Notes: a model not told the origin generated them from the sequence alone. A stretch of 64,000 bases of DNA from Waterburya sp. (GCA_965217895.1 CBDCJV010000002.1:4704001-4768000), one strand, 5' to 3'. Shown: positions 41,756 to 51,968, numbered from the stretch's first letter. A program made the numbers and translations.

Positions 41756-42931
41756 ATGAGGCTAGTTACTGGTAAAGGATTTTTTCGGATTAGATGGACT
41801 GCGCTATATATTCTCTCTAAGCTCAAGTTTCTCCACGGTTTCTTATCCAAAGATACTAGGGACAGATTACCAGTTGGTTGGAACAATAAGATGTTCTGGC
41901 TTACTTTTAAGACCAATGGCAGAGAAGTATTTGGTGATTACTATGTTCCTTTGCGGGAACCAAATTCATACCAACCAAAGGTAAAGGTCGCCGAAGAATA
42001 TCACTTTACAGAAGAAGAAATCCGTAATTTTTACGACAAAGGTTTTATCGGACCTTTTACGTTGATGTCTCCAGAGGAAGCCGAGACGTTGAAACAGCAC
42101 GCAATTGAAATTGCCGAAAGTCCTTCAAAAATCTATTCTTATGAAGATGGCGATTACGAAATCGGTTTGACTCAAGAGGAAAACGTCAATAATAATTCTG
42201 GAGATGCCATCCTCAGTAACAGAGAGATGGGTCAAAAGAAAATGAACTGGCGCGATCGCCATTTAGAAGATGACGCTCTGCTTTCCTTATTTAAAAGTCC
42301 AGAGGTTACAGAAAGATGTGCGCAGCTTCTAGGGCCTGATTTAGTCTTGTGGAGGACTCAGTTTTTTCCCAAATCGAAGTCAATGTGTGGTACTCCTTGG
42401 CATCAGGCAACAACCTACCTATTTGACAATATGGCAGAGAATGTAGTGCAACCCCAAGACCCGTCGCAACTATTTCAGTTGACCGTTTGGATTGCCCTTA
42501 CTGATACTCCACGAGATAAAGCTCCTATGGCTTTGGTAAGAGGGAGTCATCGCGATATCTATCCTGTTATGGGTGGGCAAGAATTTAAGGCAGATCCCAA
42601 TGCCAAAAGAGAAGCAAATCGCCTCGGAACTATGTCTGTTACCCTCAAACACGAAATCAAACCCGAAGATGTTAATGTCGTGGAGATGAAAGCAGGTCAA
42701 TTTTTCATTTTTAGCGAGCGCGCACTCCATAGTTCCCTGGATAATCAACAAGAAGAATGGCGTTGGGCGATAAACGGTCGGATTGTTCCCACTCATACTC
42801 GTGTATATACGGACAAGATGTTGAATGAGGGTCATCTTTACCGAACTAATAATATCGTTAATCTTACTCTGGATAAGTGGAAAGGCATCTTGATTAGAGG
42901 CAAAGACCGTTTTGGATTGAACAGAATTTAA
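41756..42931 (+). CDS. Fe(II)/2-oxoglutarate-dependent halogenase (SyrB2/BarB/CmaB-like, PhyH fold)
   Basis: FYDKGFIGPF, DRHL, FFPK...TPWHQA (H-x-A instead of H-x-D/E), LTVWIALTD, MKAGQFFIF...LHSS, RWAINGRIVP. Confidence 0.8.
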   Translation: MRLVTGKGFFRIRWTALYILSKLKFLHGFLSKDTRDRLPVGWNNKMFWLTFKTNGREVFGDYYVPLREPNSYQPKVKVAEEYHFTEEEIRNFYDKGFIGPFTLMSPEEAETLKQHAIEIAESPSKIYSYEDGDYEIGLTQEENVNNNSGDAILSNREMGQKKMNWRDRHLEDDALLSLFKSPEVTERCAQLLGPDLVLWRTQFFPKSKSMCGTPWHQATTYLFDNMAENVVQPQDPSQLFQLTVWIALTDTPRDKAPMALVRGSHRDIYPVMGGQEFKADPNAKREANRLGTMSVTLKHEIKPEDVNVVEMKAGQFFIFSERALHSSLDNQQEEWRWAINGRIVPTHTRVYTDKMLNEGHLYRTNNIVNLTLDKWKGILIRGKDRFGLNRI

Positions 42932-42966
42932 GCTTCAAGCTTTGTCAATCGGATTTAGTATAACTA

Positions 42967-44262
42967 TTGTTTAAGAACTTTCGTTCTCTTTCTTTAGAGA
43001 CTAAGCAAATTCTCAGAATATTATTTATTTCTGGTCTGCTGTTTTGGTCAAGCTTGGCCTGTATGTTTCCTACCTTACCTTTGTACCTAGAAGATATTGG
43101 TCTAGAGCCATTTCAGTTAGGAATTGTCATTGCTAGTTTTGGTATTGGTGTTTTGCTTTCCCGCCCCGTCTTAGGCAAGCTGTCAGACTTACATAGTCGC
43201 AAGCTGGCTCTTATAATTGGTATGTCAGCAATGGCGATCGCACCAGTCGGATATTTAATCCCGCCAACGATGCCAATTATGATTGTAGTCAGAATTGTTC
43301 ATGGCGTTAGTCTGGCTGGATTTGCCTCTGCTTACCTGACATTTGTTGCCGACTTAGTTCCAGTGGCAAACCGAGGTGAAATCATGGGATATATGAGCTT
43401 GCAGCAACCCCTGGGACTTGCTTTCGGACCTATTATTGGCGGAGGATTGCTAGAGCTAACAAATCAGTATGCAATCTCCTTTGTGGCAGCTTCAGCTTTA
43501 GGAATCGGAGCAGTGCTGACTGCTTGCTGTTTACCAAAGCGATCGCCTCTGGAGCAACCGAAGAAAAGTCATCGCCTATTTTGGCACATATTTACTAAAC
43601 CCTATCTGCGTATACCTTCAGTAGTTATGACATTAGTTGGTATCTCAGTTGGTGGACTGCAAACCTATGTTTCGCCTTATATACGCTCAATGGCGGTTAA
43701 CTTAAGTCCTGGTTGGTTTTTTACCGTCATGGCAATATTTACTTTTTTGATCCGCTGTTTAGCTGGTTCTCGATCTGACCATTGGGGACGAGGGATTTTT
43801 ATTACCTATAGCTTAGTCTTCTCTTTGAGTGCGATGATTTTACTGTACAAAGCTCACAACGCTTTAACGTTAATCTTTGCAGCTATGCTACAGGGATCTG
43901 GATATGGAATTTTGGTGCCAATGATCGCCGCTTTGATAGCCGATCGCTCCGCCACCAGGGAGCGAGGAAGATCTTTTAGCCTCTGTATGATGGGCTTCGA
44001 TCTGGGTCTAATTTTGGGTGGACCGATGCTGATCAATGCTGCTGCAATTGTAATTTCAGGTGAAGTTGAGACAAATCTGAGGCTCTACCGCTATCTCTTT
44101 TGTCTGGCTGGAGGATCGATTACCCTAAGTTTGTTATTATTTTTGGCTTATGGCGGGGGGAGTTTTTCTCAATCAATTAAATTTGCCATTGGTCGGGGTC
44201 AAGATATTTACAGCCTAAATCTTCATCAACAGAATCATACTAAAGATCGCTCTGTCATTTAA
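42967..44262 (+). CDS. MFS transporter
   Basis: About 12 hydrophobic segments; motif A GKLSDLHSRK; RIVHG; TTG start. Confidence 0.9.
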   Translation: MFKNFRSLSLETKQILRILFISGLLFWSSLACMFPTLPLYLEDIGLEPFQLGIVIASFGIGVLLSRPVLGKLSDLHSRKLALIIGMSAMAIAPVGYLIPPTMPIMIVVRIVHGVSLAGFASAYLTFVADLVPVANRGEIMGYMSLQQPLGLAFGPIIGGGLLELTNQYAISFVAASALGIGAVLTACCLPKRSPLEQPKKSHRLFWHIFTKPYLRIPSVVMTLVGISVGGLQTYVSPYIRSMAVNLSPGWFFTVMAIFTFLIRCLAGSRSDHWGRGIFITYSLVFSLSAMILLYKAHNALTLIFAAMLQGSGYGILVPMIAALIADRSATRERGRSFSLCMMGFDLGLILGGPMLINAAAIVISGEVETNLRLYRYLFCLAGGSITLSLLLFLAYGGGSFSQSIKFAIGRGQDIYSLNLHQQNHTKDRSVI

Positions 44263-44359
44263 AGTCAAAAGTCACGAAGAACTTGTCTGCACGTAGTCAG
44301 AAGTTTAAAACTAATATTGAGAAAATGTATTCATGTAAGAGATCTAATTAACAAAACTA

Positions 44360-46036
44360 ATGAAAATAGCGATCGCCCAACTTAACCCCACCATCGGCGA
44401 TATAACCAATAACGCCCAACAAATAATTGCTGCTGCTAATACCGCTGCTAAACAAAACGTACGTTTGTTACTTACTCCTGAATTATCGCTGTGTGGCTAT
44501 CCACCCAGAGACTTGTTGCTTTATTCTGACTTTGTGGAGTCGATGGCGCAAGAGCTGAAGGCGATCGCCAGGAAATTACCAGATAAGATTGCTGTCTTGG
44601 TTGGCACTGTAGAAAGAAATCCTCATGCAAACTCCAAAGGACAAAAACCTTTATACAACAGCATGGCTTTATTGGCTGAGGGAGAAATAAAGCAGATTTT
44701 TCATAAGCGTTTGTTGCCTACCTATGATGTATTTGATGAAGATCGTTATTTTGAACCTGGATATGAAGCCAATTATTTTACCTTGGACGATCTAAAGGTC
44801 GGCGTGAGCATCTGTGAAGACCTGTGGAATGATGAACAGTTTTGGGGGAAACGCAGCTATGAAATTAATCCTATTGAAGAATTGGCACAGTTAGGGGTAG
44901 ATATAATTGTTAACCTGTCAGCTTCTCCCTATAGCGTCGGTAAACAGAAGTTAAGAGAAGCGATGCTATATCATGCAGCTACAGCTTATCAGAAGCCCAT
45001 TTTGTACGCTAATCAGGTTGGGGGTAATGACGATCTGATTTTCGATGGTAATAGCGTGATGTTTAATCGTGCAGGGGAATTAGTCAGTCATGCTCAAAGT
45101 TTTGATACAGACTTGGTGGTAGTGGAGTTCGATCGGTTGCTGTCTTCTTCTATGGGAAACTGGGTGACAAAGAGACTGAGTGATAAAGATAGTAATGAAG
45201 AGATATTTTCCGCGTTGGTGCTGGGAGTCAAAGATTATGCCAGGAAATGTGGTTTTAGTCAGGCTATTTTAGGCTTGAGTGGGGGCATAGATTCAGCTTT
45301 GGTAGCCGCGATCGCTTCTTCGGCTTTGGGTGCAGAAAATGTATTCGGGGTACTAATGCCGTCTCCCTATAGTTCAGATCATTCCGTTAGCGATGCGATG
45401 GATTTGGTTAATAGTTTGGGGATAAAAAGCCAGCAGTTAGCCATCAAGCCAGGGATGGACGCTTATGATACTATTCTCGATCCTTTGTTTACGGGAACAG
45501 AATTTGGCATTGCCGAAGAAAATATCCAGTCGCGGATACGGGGTAATTTGCTAATGGCGATCGCCAACAAGTTTGGTTATTTGCTGCTTTCTACGGGTAA
45601 CAAGTCAGAAATGGCTGTCGGTTACTGCACTCTTTATGGCGACATGAATGGTGGCTTGGCGGTAATTGCTGATGTGCCAAAGACGAGGGTATTTGAACTG
45701 TGTCGCTGGCTCAATCGCCAACAAGAAGTAATCCCCGTTAATATTATTACTAAGCCTCCCAGTGCCGAATTAAAGCCAGAACAAAAAGACTCTGATTCTT
45801 TGCCACCTTATGAAATACTAGACGATATACTCGAGCGCATTATTTGTCTACATCAATCAACCGCCGACATCGTTAAGGCTGGACACGACACAGAAACTGT
45901 AGCTAAAGTAATGAAATTAGTTATCCGTGCAGAGTTTAAACGCCGTCAAGCCCCTCCAGGAATCAAGATTACCGATCGCGCCTTCGGTACTGGCTGGCGG
46001 ATGCCTATTGCTAAGAGGTTGTCGGCAGTAAAATAA
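44360..46036 (+). CDS. nadE: Glutamine-dependent NAD+ synthetase
   Basis: Nitrilase domain (PELSLCGYPP, ICEDLW) plus GLSGGIDS, ENIQSRIRG, TGNKSE, PPSAEL. Confidence 0.96.
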   Translation: MKIAIAQLNPTIGDITNNAQQIIAAANTAAKQNVRLLLTPELSLCGYPPRDLLLYSDFVESMAQELKAIARKLPDKIAVLVGTVERNPHANSKGQKPLYNSMALLAEGEIKQIFHKRLLPTYDVFDEDRYFEPGYEANYFTLDDLKVGVSICEDLWNDEQFWGKRSYEINPIEELAQLGVDIIVNLSASPYSVGKQKLREAMLYHAATAYQKPILYANQVGGNDDLIFDGNSVMFNRAGELVSHAQSFDTDLVVVEFDRLLSSSMGNWVTKRLSDKDSNEEIFSALVLGVKDYARKCGFSQAILGLSGGIDSALVAAIASSALGAENVFGVLMPSPYSSDHSVSDAMDLVNSLGIKSQQLAIKPGMDAYDTILDPLFTGTEFGIAEENIQSRIRGNLLMAIANKFGYLLLSTGNKSEMAVGYCTLYGDMNGGLAVIADVPKTRVFELCRWLNRQQEVIPVNIITKPPSAELKPEQKDSDSLPPYEILDDILERIICLHQSTADIVKAGHDTETVAKVMKLVIRAEFKRRQAPPGIKITDRAFGTGWRMPIAKRLSAVK

Positions 46037-46052
46037 CTTCTTCCAAGTTGAT

Positions 46053-46146
46053 TATAGTCATTCTAATTAATTTCAGAGATGGTAATTTTGTATTGAAAAA
46101 AAGTCTAATACAACTTCTTACTCCCTACTTCCTACTTCCTACTTTC
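46053..46146. repeat. Partial MITE-like element with heptamer repeats (tacttcc)n
   Basis: tatagtcattctaattaatttc…atggtaattttgtattg resembles 63613-63655. Confidence 0.6.
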
Positions 46147-46152
46147 TGATTT

Positions 46153-47031
46153 ATGAACCTGCAAAAATCACTGATTAAGCAACAAAAGCTAACTCCATAC
46201 CTGTTTTTGCTACCGGCGATCGCTTTACTAGGATTAACGGTATTTTTACCTGCAATGTTAGCTTTTGCCCTCAGCTTTACTCAGATGTACGATCTGACTC
46301 AATTTCCTGAGTGGATTGGTTTAGCTAATTTTCGGAAACTGTGGCAAGACAAAGTGTTTTGGCAAATTGCTATTAATACATTGCTATATCTAATAGGAGT
46401 AGTACCAATTTTGGTAATTGCACCTTTAGGATTAGCAATTCTGGTCAATCAAAAATTGCGAGGCATAAATTGGTTTCGCACGGCTTTTTATGCTCCTGTA
46501 GTAATTTCGATGATTGTTGCTGGAATCGCTTGGAAAGCTCTTTATACGCAAAATGGATTACTCAATCAGTTGCTTCAGCAGCTAGGCTTGGCAGAAGGTA
46601 TTCCTTGGCTAACCGATCCCAAATTAGCCCTCTGGAGCGTTATGGTAGTAACTATTTGGAAAGGATTAGGTTACTACATGGTGATTTATTTGGCTGGATT
46701 ACAGTCAATTTCACAAGAACTATATGAAGCAGCAGCGATCGACGGTTCAGATAGCTGGAAAAAGCACTTAGATATTACCATTCCCTTAATGCGTCCTTAT
46801 TTATTCTTAGTAGCGGTAATCTCAGCCATTTCAGCTACCAAAGTATTTGAAGAAATTTATGTCATGACCAAAGGTGGTCCAGGAAATAGCTCTAAAACCG
46901 TAGTCTATTATTTATACGATAAGGCATTTGGATATGACTATGATATTAGCTACGCTAATACAATTGGTTTAGTGTTGTTTTTAAGTATTTTAGGTTTATC
47001 TATAATTAATCTCAAGCTGACAAATAATTAA
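46153..47031 (+). CDS. Carbohydrate ABC transporter permease
   Basis: EAA loop ELYEAAAIDG; IWKGLGYYMVIYLAGLQ. Confidence 0.93.
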   Translation: MNLQKSLIKQQKLTPYLFLLPAIALLGLTVFLPAMLAFALSFTQMYDLTQFPEWIGLANFRKLWQDKVFWQIAINTLLYLIGVVPILVIAPLGLAILVNQKLRGINWFRTAFYAPVVISMIVAGIAWKALYTQNGLLNQLLQQLGLAEGIPWLTDPKLALWSVMVVTIWKGLGYYMVIYLAGLQSISQELYEAAAIDGSDSWKKHLDITIPLMRPYLFLVAVISAISATKVFEEIYVMTKGGPGNSSKTVVYYLYDKAFGYDYDISYANTIGLVLFLSILGLSIINLKLTNN

Positions 47032-47035
47032 TTAC

Positions 47036-47185
47036 TAGACCTCTTGCATGAATAATAGATTAATTATTCTTGCTCCGTCCCTATGCTTGAGGAGACCTCA
47101 AGCGGTGCGGTGCGCTTTTTCCCTTTCTCCTTTCCCCTTTTACCTCTTGGTAAAGTAGTTGATAACGATTTGTGCGAGAAGTCTA
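47036..47185. mobile_element. MITE with TAGACCTCTTGCA/TGCGAGAAGTCTA termini
   Basis: Imperfect 13-bp terminal inverted repeats beginning and ending in TA; internal hairpin gcttgagg…cctcaagc. Confidence 0.7.
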
Positions 47186-47240
47186 CTGATTATTGATTAT
47201 CTCGTACAGTTTTAACAATTTAGCTTTTGAGGCAAAAATT

Positions 47241-48260
47241 ATGAAAGCAGTTGGTTTAACCCAATACTTACCGATTGAAGACGATCGTAGTCTGCAAGAT
47301 GTTGACATTGATCGACCTGTAGCTAAGGAATATGACTTACTTATAGAAGTCAAAGCGATTTCAGTTAACCCTGTTGACACTAAAGTTCGCAGTCCAAAAG
47401 ATAAAGTCGAAGATCGACCGCGAATTCTGGGTTGGGATGCAGCAGGTATAGTAGCCGAAGTAGGAGAAAAAGTAACAGAGTTTCAACCTGGTGATGAGGT
47501 CTATTATGCAGGGGATATTACCCGTCCTGGCAGCAACAGTAAATTTCAGTTGGTGGATGAGCGGATTGTCGGCTATAAACCCAAGAATCTAGAGTTTGCG
47601 ACTTCAGCAGCTTTACCATTAACCAGTATTACTGCTTGGGAAGCTCTATTTGAAAGGTTGAACATTAGCAAAAATGGTGCAGATGCAGGCAAATCGATCT
47701 TAATCATCAATGGTGCTGGGGGTGTAGGTTCTATTGCCATTCAGCTAGCTAAAAGACTAGCCAAGCTGAACGTCATTGCTACTGCCTCGCGTCCAGAAAC
47801 GATCGCCTGGTGTCAGAAACTGGGCGCAAATGCGATCGCTAATCATCGTCATAATCTGGCAGAAGAAATTGCGAAAATAGGCTATGAAACTGTCGATTAT
47901 ATTTTGTGCTTAAACGATACTGATGGGCATTGGCAAGCGATCGCTCAAGCAATTAAACCCCAAGGCATCATCTGTAGCATCGTTGAAAATAAAAAACCAC
48001 TGCAAATGGATGTCTTGAAAAATAAGAGTGCAGGTTTAGTTTGGGAGTTGATGTTTACCCGTTCTATGTATCAGACTGATGATATGGCAGAACAAGGTAA
48101 ATTACTTAACAAAATTAGCCAGCTTATCGAAGCTGGGGTAATTGTCACAACCTGCAACGACATAGTTAAGCCAATTAATGCCAAAAATCTGAGAAATGTT
48201 CATCAGCGTATTGAAAAAGGCAGTGCAATTGGCAAGATAGTGCTTGCTGATTGGAATTAA
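47241..48260 (+). CDS. Zinc-binding alcohol dehydrogenase-like / quinone oxidoreductase (MDR family)
   Basis: ISVNPVDTKVR, LGWDAAG, LPLTSITAWEAL, NGAGGVGS, WELMFTRS; ATG 47241 preferred. Confidence 0.92.
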   Translation: MKAVGLTQYLPIEDDRSLQDVDIDRPVAKEYDLLIEVKAISVNPVDTKVRSPKDKVEDRPRILGWDAAGIVAEVGEKVTEFQPGDEVYYAGDITRPGSNSKFQLVDERIVGYKPKNLEFATSAALPLTSITAWEALFERLNISKNGADAGKSILIINGAGGVGSIAIQLAKRLAKLNVIATASRPETIAWCQKLGANAIANHRHNLAEEIAKIGYETVDYILCLNDTDGHWQAIAQAIKPQGIICSIVENKKPLQMDVLKNKSAGLVWELMFTRSMYQTDDMAEQGKLLNKISQLIEAGVIVTTCNDIVKPINAKNLRNVHQRIEKGSAIGKIVLADWN

Positions 48261-48413
48261 AAAAATTAAGCCAGTTAGACGATCGCTTTACTTCTAGTTT
48301 CTTAAACACAAAAAGCATCCGAGTTCTTAGATTAGCTGCTTGATGTTCAATGCTTAATGTAAAATGCTTTAAATCATTGTTTTAAGCTAATCAATTAACA
48401 TTCGGAGGATTTC

Positions 48414-48923
48414 ATGGACTTATCTCTTATCCCAGCACAGCCTGAACCTGGCGTAATTAACGTTTTAATCGAAATTGCTGGCGGTAGCAAAAACAAATAC
48501 GAATTTGATAAAGACATGAACGCCTTTGCCTTAGATCGCGTTCTTTTCGCCTCGGTAAAATATCCTTATGACTATGGTTTTGTGCCTAATACCCTAGCTG
48601 ATGATGGCGATCCTTTAGATGGAATGGTAATTATGGATGAGCCTACTTTCCCAGGCTGTGTCATTGCTGCGCGACCCATTGGTATGCTAGAAATGATCGA
48701 TGGTGGCGATCGCGATGAAAAAATTCTTTGTGTACCAGCCGAAGATCCTCGTTATAAAGAGGTCAAGTCTCTTAAAGATATTGCTCCTCACCGTTTAGAA
48801 GAGATTGCCGAGTTTTTTAGAACTTACAAAAACCTAGAAAAAAAAGCTACTGAAATCCAAGGTTGGAAAGATGTAGATGCAGTTAAACCTTTAGTAGAAG
48901 AGTGCATTAAAGCTTATAAGTAA
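48414..48923 (+). CDS. ppa: Inorganic pyrophosphatase
   Basis: [32 protein letters not shown]. Confidence 0.97.
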   Translation: MDLSLIPAQPEPGVINVLIEIAGGSKNKYEFDKDMNAFALDRVLFASVKYPYDYGFVPNTLADDGDPLDGMVIMDEPTFPGCVIAARPIGMLEMIDGGDRDEKILCVPAEDPRYKEVKSLKDIAPHRLEEIAEFFRTYKNLEKKATEIQGWKDVDAVKPLVEECIKAYK

Positions 48924-49007
48924 TTAGCATAATTATATTTGGTAGGTTATGACATTTTGCTTGCCTACCAAAAATTACGATCAAATAATCTCTAAAAAAA
49001 TATTAAT

Positions 49008-49364
49008 ATGCTTGTCAAATCAACTACCCGCCACGTTCGTATTTACAGTGCAGAAGTCCAAAACAATGAATTAATTCCCAGCGACAATGTTCTCACTTTG
49101 GATATCGATCCAGATAATGAGTTTAAATGGAGCGAAGATACTCTGCAAAAAGTTTATCGTCAATTTGATGACCTAGTAGAACAAAGTAATGGCGAAGATT
49201 TGAGTGAATACAATCTTCGTCGTATTGGTTCAGATCTAGAACACTTTATTCGTTCTTTGCTACAGAAGGGAGAAATTAGCTATAACTTGGGTGCGAGAGT
49301 ACGCAACTATAGTATGGGCTTACCCCGTATGGATAGTCCTGATACGGTCGGAAAATATCGTTAG
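49008..49364 (+). CDS. ndhM: NDH-1 subunit M
   Basis: MLVKSTTRHVRIY…LTLDIDPDNEF…EYNLRRIGSDLEHFIR…NYSMGLPR. Confidence 0.95.
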   Translation: MLVKSTTRHVRIYSAEVQNNELIPSDNVLTLDIDPDNEFKWSEDTLQKVYRQFDDLVEQSNGEDLSEYNLRRIGSDLEHFIRSLLQKGEISYNLGARVRNYSMGLPRMDSPDTVGKYR

Positions 49365-49431
49365 ATTAATTCAAAAGCTTTAAGCTTTAGGCTCTAAGCT
49401 TTTGACTTCTGCTTTGTCTGAACTATAAGCC

Positions 49432-50349
49432 ATGATTTCAGTTATTTATTCCCCAGAATTTTTAGAACACAATACAGGTTACGGGCATCCTGAAAAAGCT
49501 AAACGGCTGACAGCGATCGCCCAAGCTCTACGAAAAGTTGCTTGGCACGAACAAATAGACTGGCAGTTACCTACTCCTCCAGAACAAAAAAAGGTACTGT
49601 CATACATTCAAAAAATTCACACCCCAGAACACATCAATCGTATTCAGACAGTAGCAGCAGCAGGAGGGGGGTATTTAGATGGAGATACACCAATTTCTGC
49701 CCGTAGCTATGATGTTGCCTTGCTGGCGGTTAGTGCTTGGCTAGATGGGGTAGATCGGGTGTTAAATCGGCAACAAACTACTTTTGTCTTATCTCGTCCC
49801 CCAGGACACCATGCCACCAGAGATAGGGCAATGGGGTTTTGTCTGTTTTCTAATGCAGCGATCGCCGCTGAATATGCCTTGACCAAGCCAGGAGTCGAGC
49901 GTGTAGGAATTTTAGACTGGGATGTGCATCATGGTAACGGTACAGAGGCGATCGTCCGCGACAATCCTCACCTAGCATATTGTTCTCTTCATCAGCACCC
50001 TTGTTATCCAGGTACAGGCAGTAATCAAAGCGATCGTGGTCAACATCAAAATATTCTCAATTTGCCGATGATGGCGGGCAGCAAAATTACGGATTATCAA
50101 CTAGCTTTTGAAACCAAAATAGTTCCCTTTTGGCAAAATTGGCAGCCCGATATTTTAATAGTTAGTGCTGGCTATGATGCCAATCATCAAGACCCTTTAG
50201 CAGGAATTTCTTTAGAACCCGCTGATTACAATTTGTTAACCAAATATGTTCTAAAAATTGCAAAGACCCCTTTATTTGGTTTAGAAGGAGGTTATCATTT
50301 AGATACTTTAGCTCAATCTGTAGTTGCCACTTTAAGTAATTGTCTGTAA
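49432..50349 (+). CDS. Histone deacetylase-family protein
   Basis: HPE, RPPGHHA, GFCLFSN, DWDVHHGNGT, SAGYDA, LEGGY. Confidence 0.95.
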   Translation: MISVIYSPEFLEHNTGYGHPEKAKRLTAIAQALRKVAWHEQIDWQLPTPPEQKKVLSYIQKIHTPEHINRIQTVAAAGGGYLDGDTPISARSYDVALLAVSAWLDGVDRVLNRQQTTFVLSRPPGHHATRDRAMGFCLFSNAAIAAEYALTKPGVERVGILDWDVHHGNGTEAIVRDNPHLAYCSLHQHPCYPGTGSNQSDRGQHQNILNLPMMAGSKITDYQLAFETKIVPFWQNWQPDILIVSAGYDANHQDPLAGISLEPADYNLLTKYVLKIAKTPLFGLEGGYHLDTLAQSVVATLSNCL

Positions 50350-50468
50350 TAGTTGTTAATTATTTCTCATTAATCTTACTGAAAAATATTTCTTATTTAG
50401 AAACGTAAATTTATATCGTCTTCTTAATCCGTATTTTTACTAGATACAATATCGCGACTATTATAAAT

Positions 50469-51860
50469 ATGAATATTGCTACTTCAGAATCATCTTTGTA
50501 TCAGTTAATTCAGGACTTAGATGAGCCTCCAGTTAACATTGCTACTGGCGCAGAAACCCTCAAATCCTATGTTAGCTCTATTATCGATCTATTAATAGAA
50601 AAGCAAATTTCGACAACGGTTTGGGTAAAACTACCTCAAACTAAAAGCTGGCTAAAGCAAGTACAAAAATTACAGAAAGAAGGTAATGTTAAGCAAATTT
50701 ACTTATGCAGTAGCAAACAAAACAATCCTGCTCTAACTCTATTAGAAAGAAATTTGGAGCTGACTCCAGTTATCCCCGTTAATCTAAATAAAAATTCTAT
50801 TCTACAAAGAGAATCTTTTTTAATTGTTGTATCGACTGATTTTTGTAGTTTAGTATTAGCTCAGTGGCAGAAAAGCCAAATCAAAATTGAGTCTTCAGGA
50901 AAAAGATTGCAGCAACCATATCTAAAGATGGTTTCCAGTTTCGAGCCTCAAATAATTGCTGCTATATTGACAGGTGTTAGACAAAATATAGCTTCTGAAG
51001 ATAGTTCCTTAACAGGAAAAGATTTTAAAGTTGAGTTTAATTCAAATCCTCACCATGAGCTATTAAACAATCTCATGCTCAAACAGATTAGCTATAGTGA
51101 ATCTATTCAAAACAAGTTAGATTCTATAGCTAAAATTAGTCATATTCCTGAAAAAAGCTCAACTGTACTGGGATTACAAGAAGATTTTCTGAATAATTTG
51201 GTTCAAGAATTGCGCTCGCCTATTACCCACATGAAAACTGCTCTCAGTTTATTAGAATCAAAACAAATAAAAGGAGAACAGCGTCAACGTTACTTAAAGG
51301 TAGTCAGCGACGAATGCGATCGCCAAAATTCTTTGGTAGGTGGCTTACTAGAACTATTACAGCTTGATACTCCTGCCGAAGCCGAATACTTATACTTAGA
51401 TGATATTGTCCCAGGAATCGTCAGCACCTATCAGCCTTTAGCCGAAGAAAAAGAGATATTGCTGGGATATACTATTCCTGCCGATCTTCCGCCTATTTCT
51501 TGTCCTAATGCTTGGTTTAGACAGATCATTATTAATTTACTCAATAATAGTCTTCAATTTACTCCTCCTAAAGGCAGGGTGTTTGTCCAGGCAGCTCTTA
51601 AAAACGACGATGAAGATATAGAAATCTTAGTCATTGATACAGGAGTAGGTATTGCCACCCCAGAAATTAGTAAAATTTTTGATGGTTTTTATCGTACTAA
51701 ACCAACTACCAATAAGAAGGTTACGGGTGCAGGTTTGGGCTTAACTTTGGTGCAACAGCTAATTCAACGCTGCGGAGGTTCTATTTCTGTCACCAGCAAA
51801 GTCGGCAAAGGCACAACTTTTAAAGTATTAATGCCAGCCGTCCCTTTGGAGCTTATTTAA
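50469..51860 (+). CDS. Sensor histidine kinase-like protein (DICT-like N-terminus; H-box His replaced by Gln)
   Basis: VQELRSPITHMK; N box NLLNNSLQFT; G1 DTGVGI; G2 GAGLGL. Confidence 0.85.
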   Translation: MNIATSESSLYQLIQDLDEPPVNIATGAETLKSYVSSIIDLLIEKQISTTVWVKLPQTKSWLKQVQKLQKEGNVKQIYLCSSKQNNPALTLLERNLELTPVIPVNLNKNSILQRESFLIVVSTDFCSLVLAQWQKSQIKIESSGKRLQQPYLKMVSSFEPQIIAAILTGVRQNIASEDSSLTGKDFKVEFNSNPHHELLNNLMLKQISYSESIQNKLDSIAKISHIPEKSSTVLGLQEDFLNNLVQELRSPITHMKTALSLLESKQIKGEQRQRYLKVVSDECDRQNSLVGGLLELLQLDTPAEAEYLYLDDIVPGIVSTYQPLAEEKEILLGYTIPADLPPISCPNAWFRQIIINLLNNSLQFTPPKGRVFVQAALKNDDEDIEILVIDTGVGIATPEISKIFDGFYRTKPTTNKKVTGAGLGLTLVQQLIQRCGGSISVTSKVGKGTTFKVLMPAVPLELI

Positions 51861-51968
51861 CGCTACATTTCGAGTTAAGACAATTAAACGGTTGAAGTAG
51901 CAAGTAGCAAGTAGCAAGTGCAGATAACAGTTTGAAAAATGTCCTAACGTTCTTGCGTATTGCCATAT
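51861..51968. repeat. Degenerate MITE-like element with (aagtagc)3
   Basis: gttaagacaatt…aatgtcctaac imperfect inverted repeat around a heptamer tract. Confidence 0.5.

Noticed and set aside
23889..44262. Very recent horizontal acquisition of the PKS cluster
   Set aside because: No integrase, tRNA or flanking repeats seen, and perfect HIP1 sites occur through the PKS, halogenase and MFS genes, consistent with a cyanobacterial history; a codon or HIP1 density computation would be needed to say more
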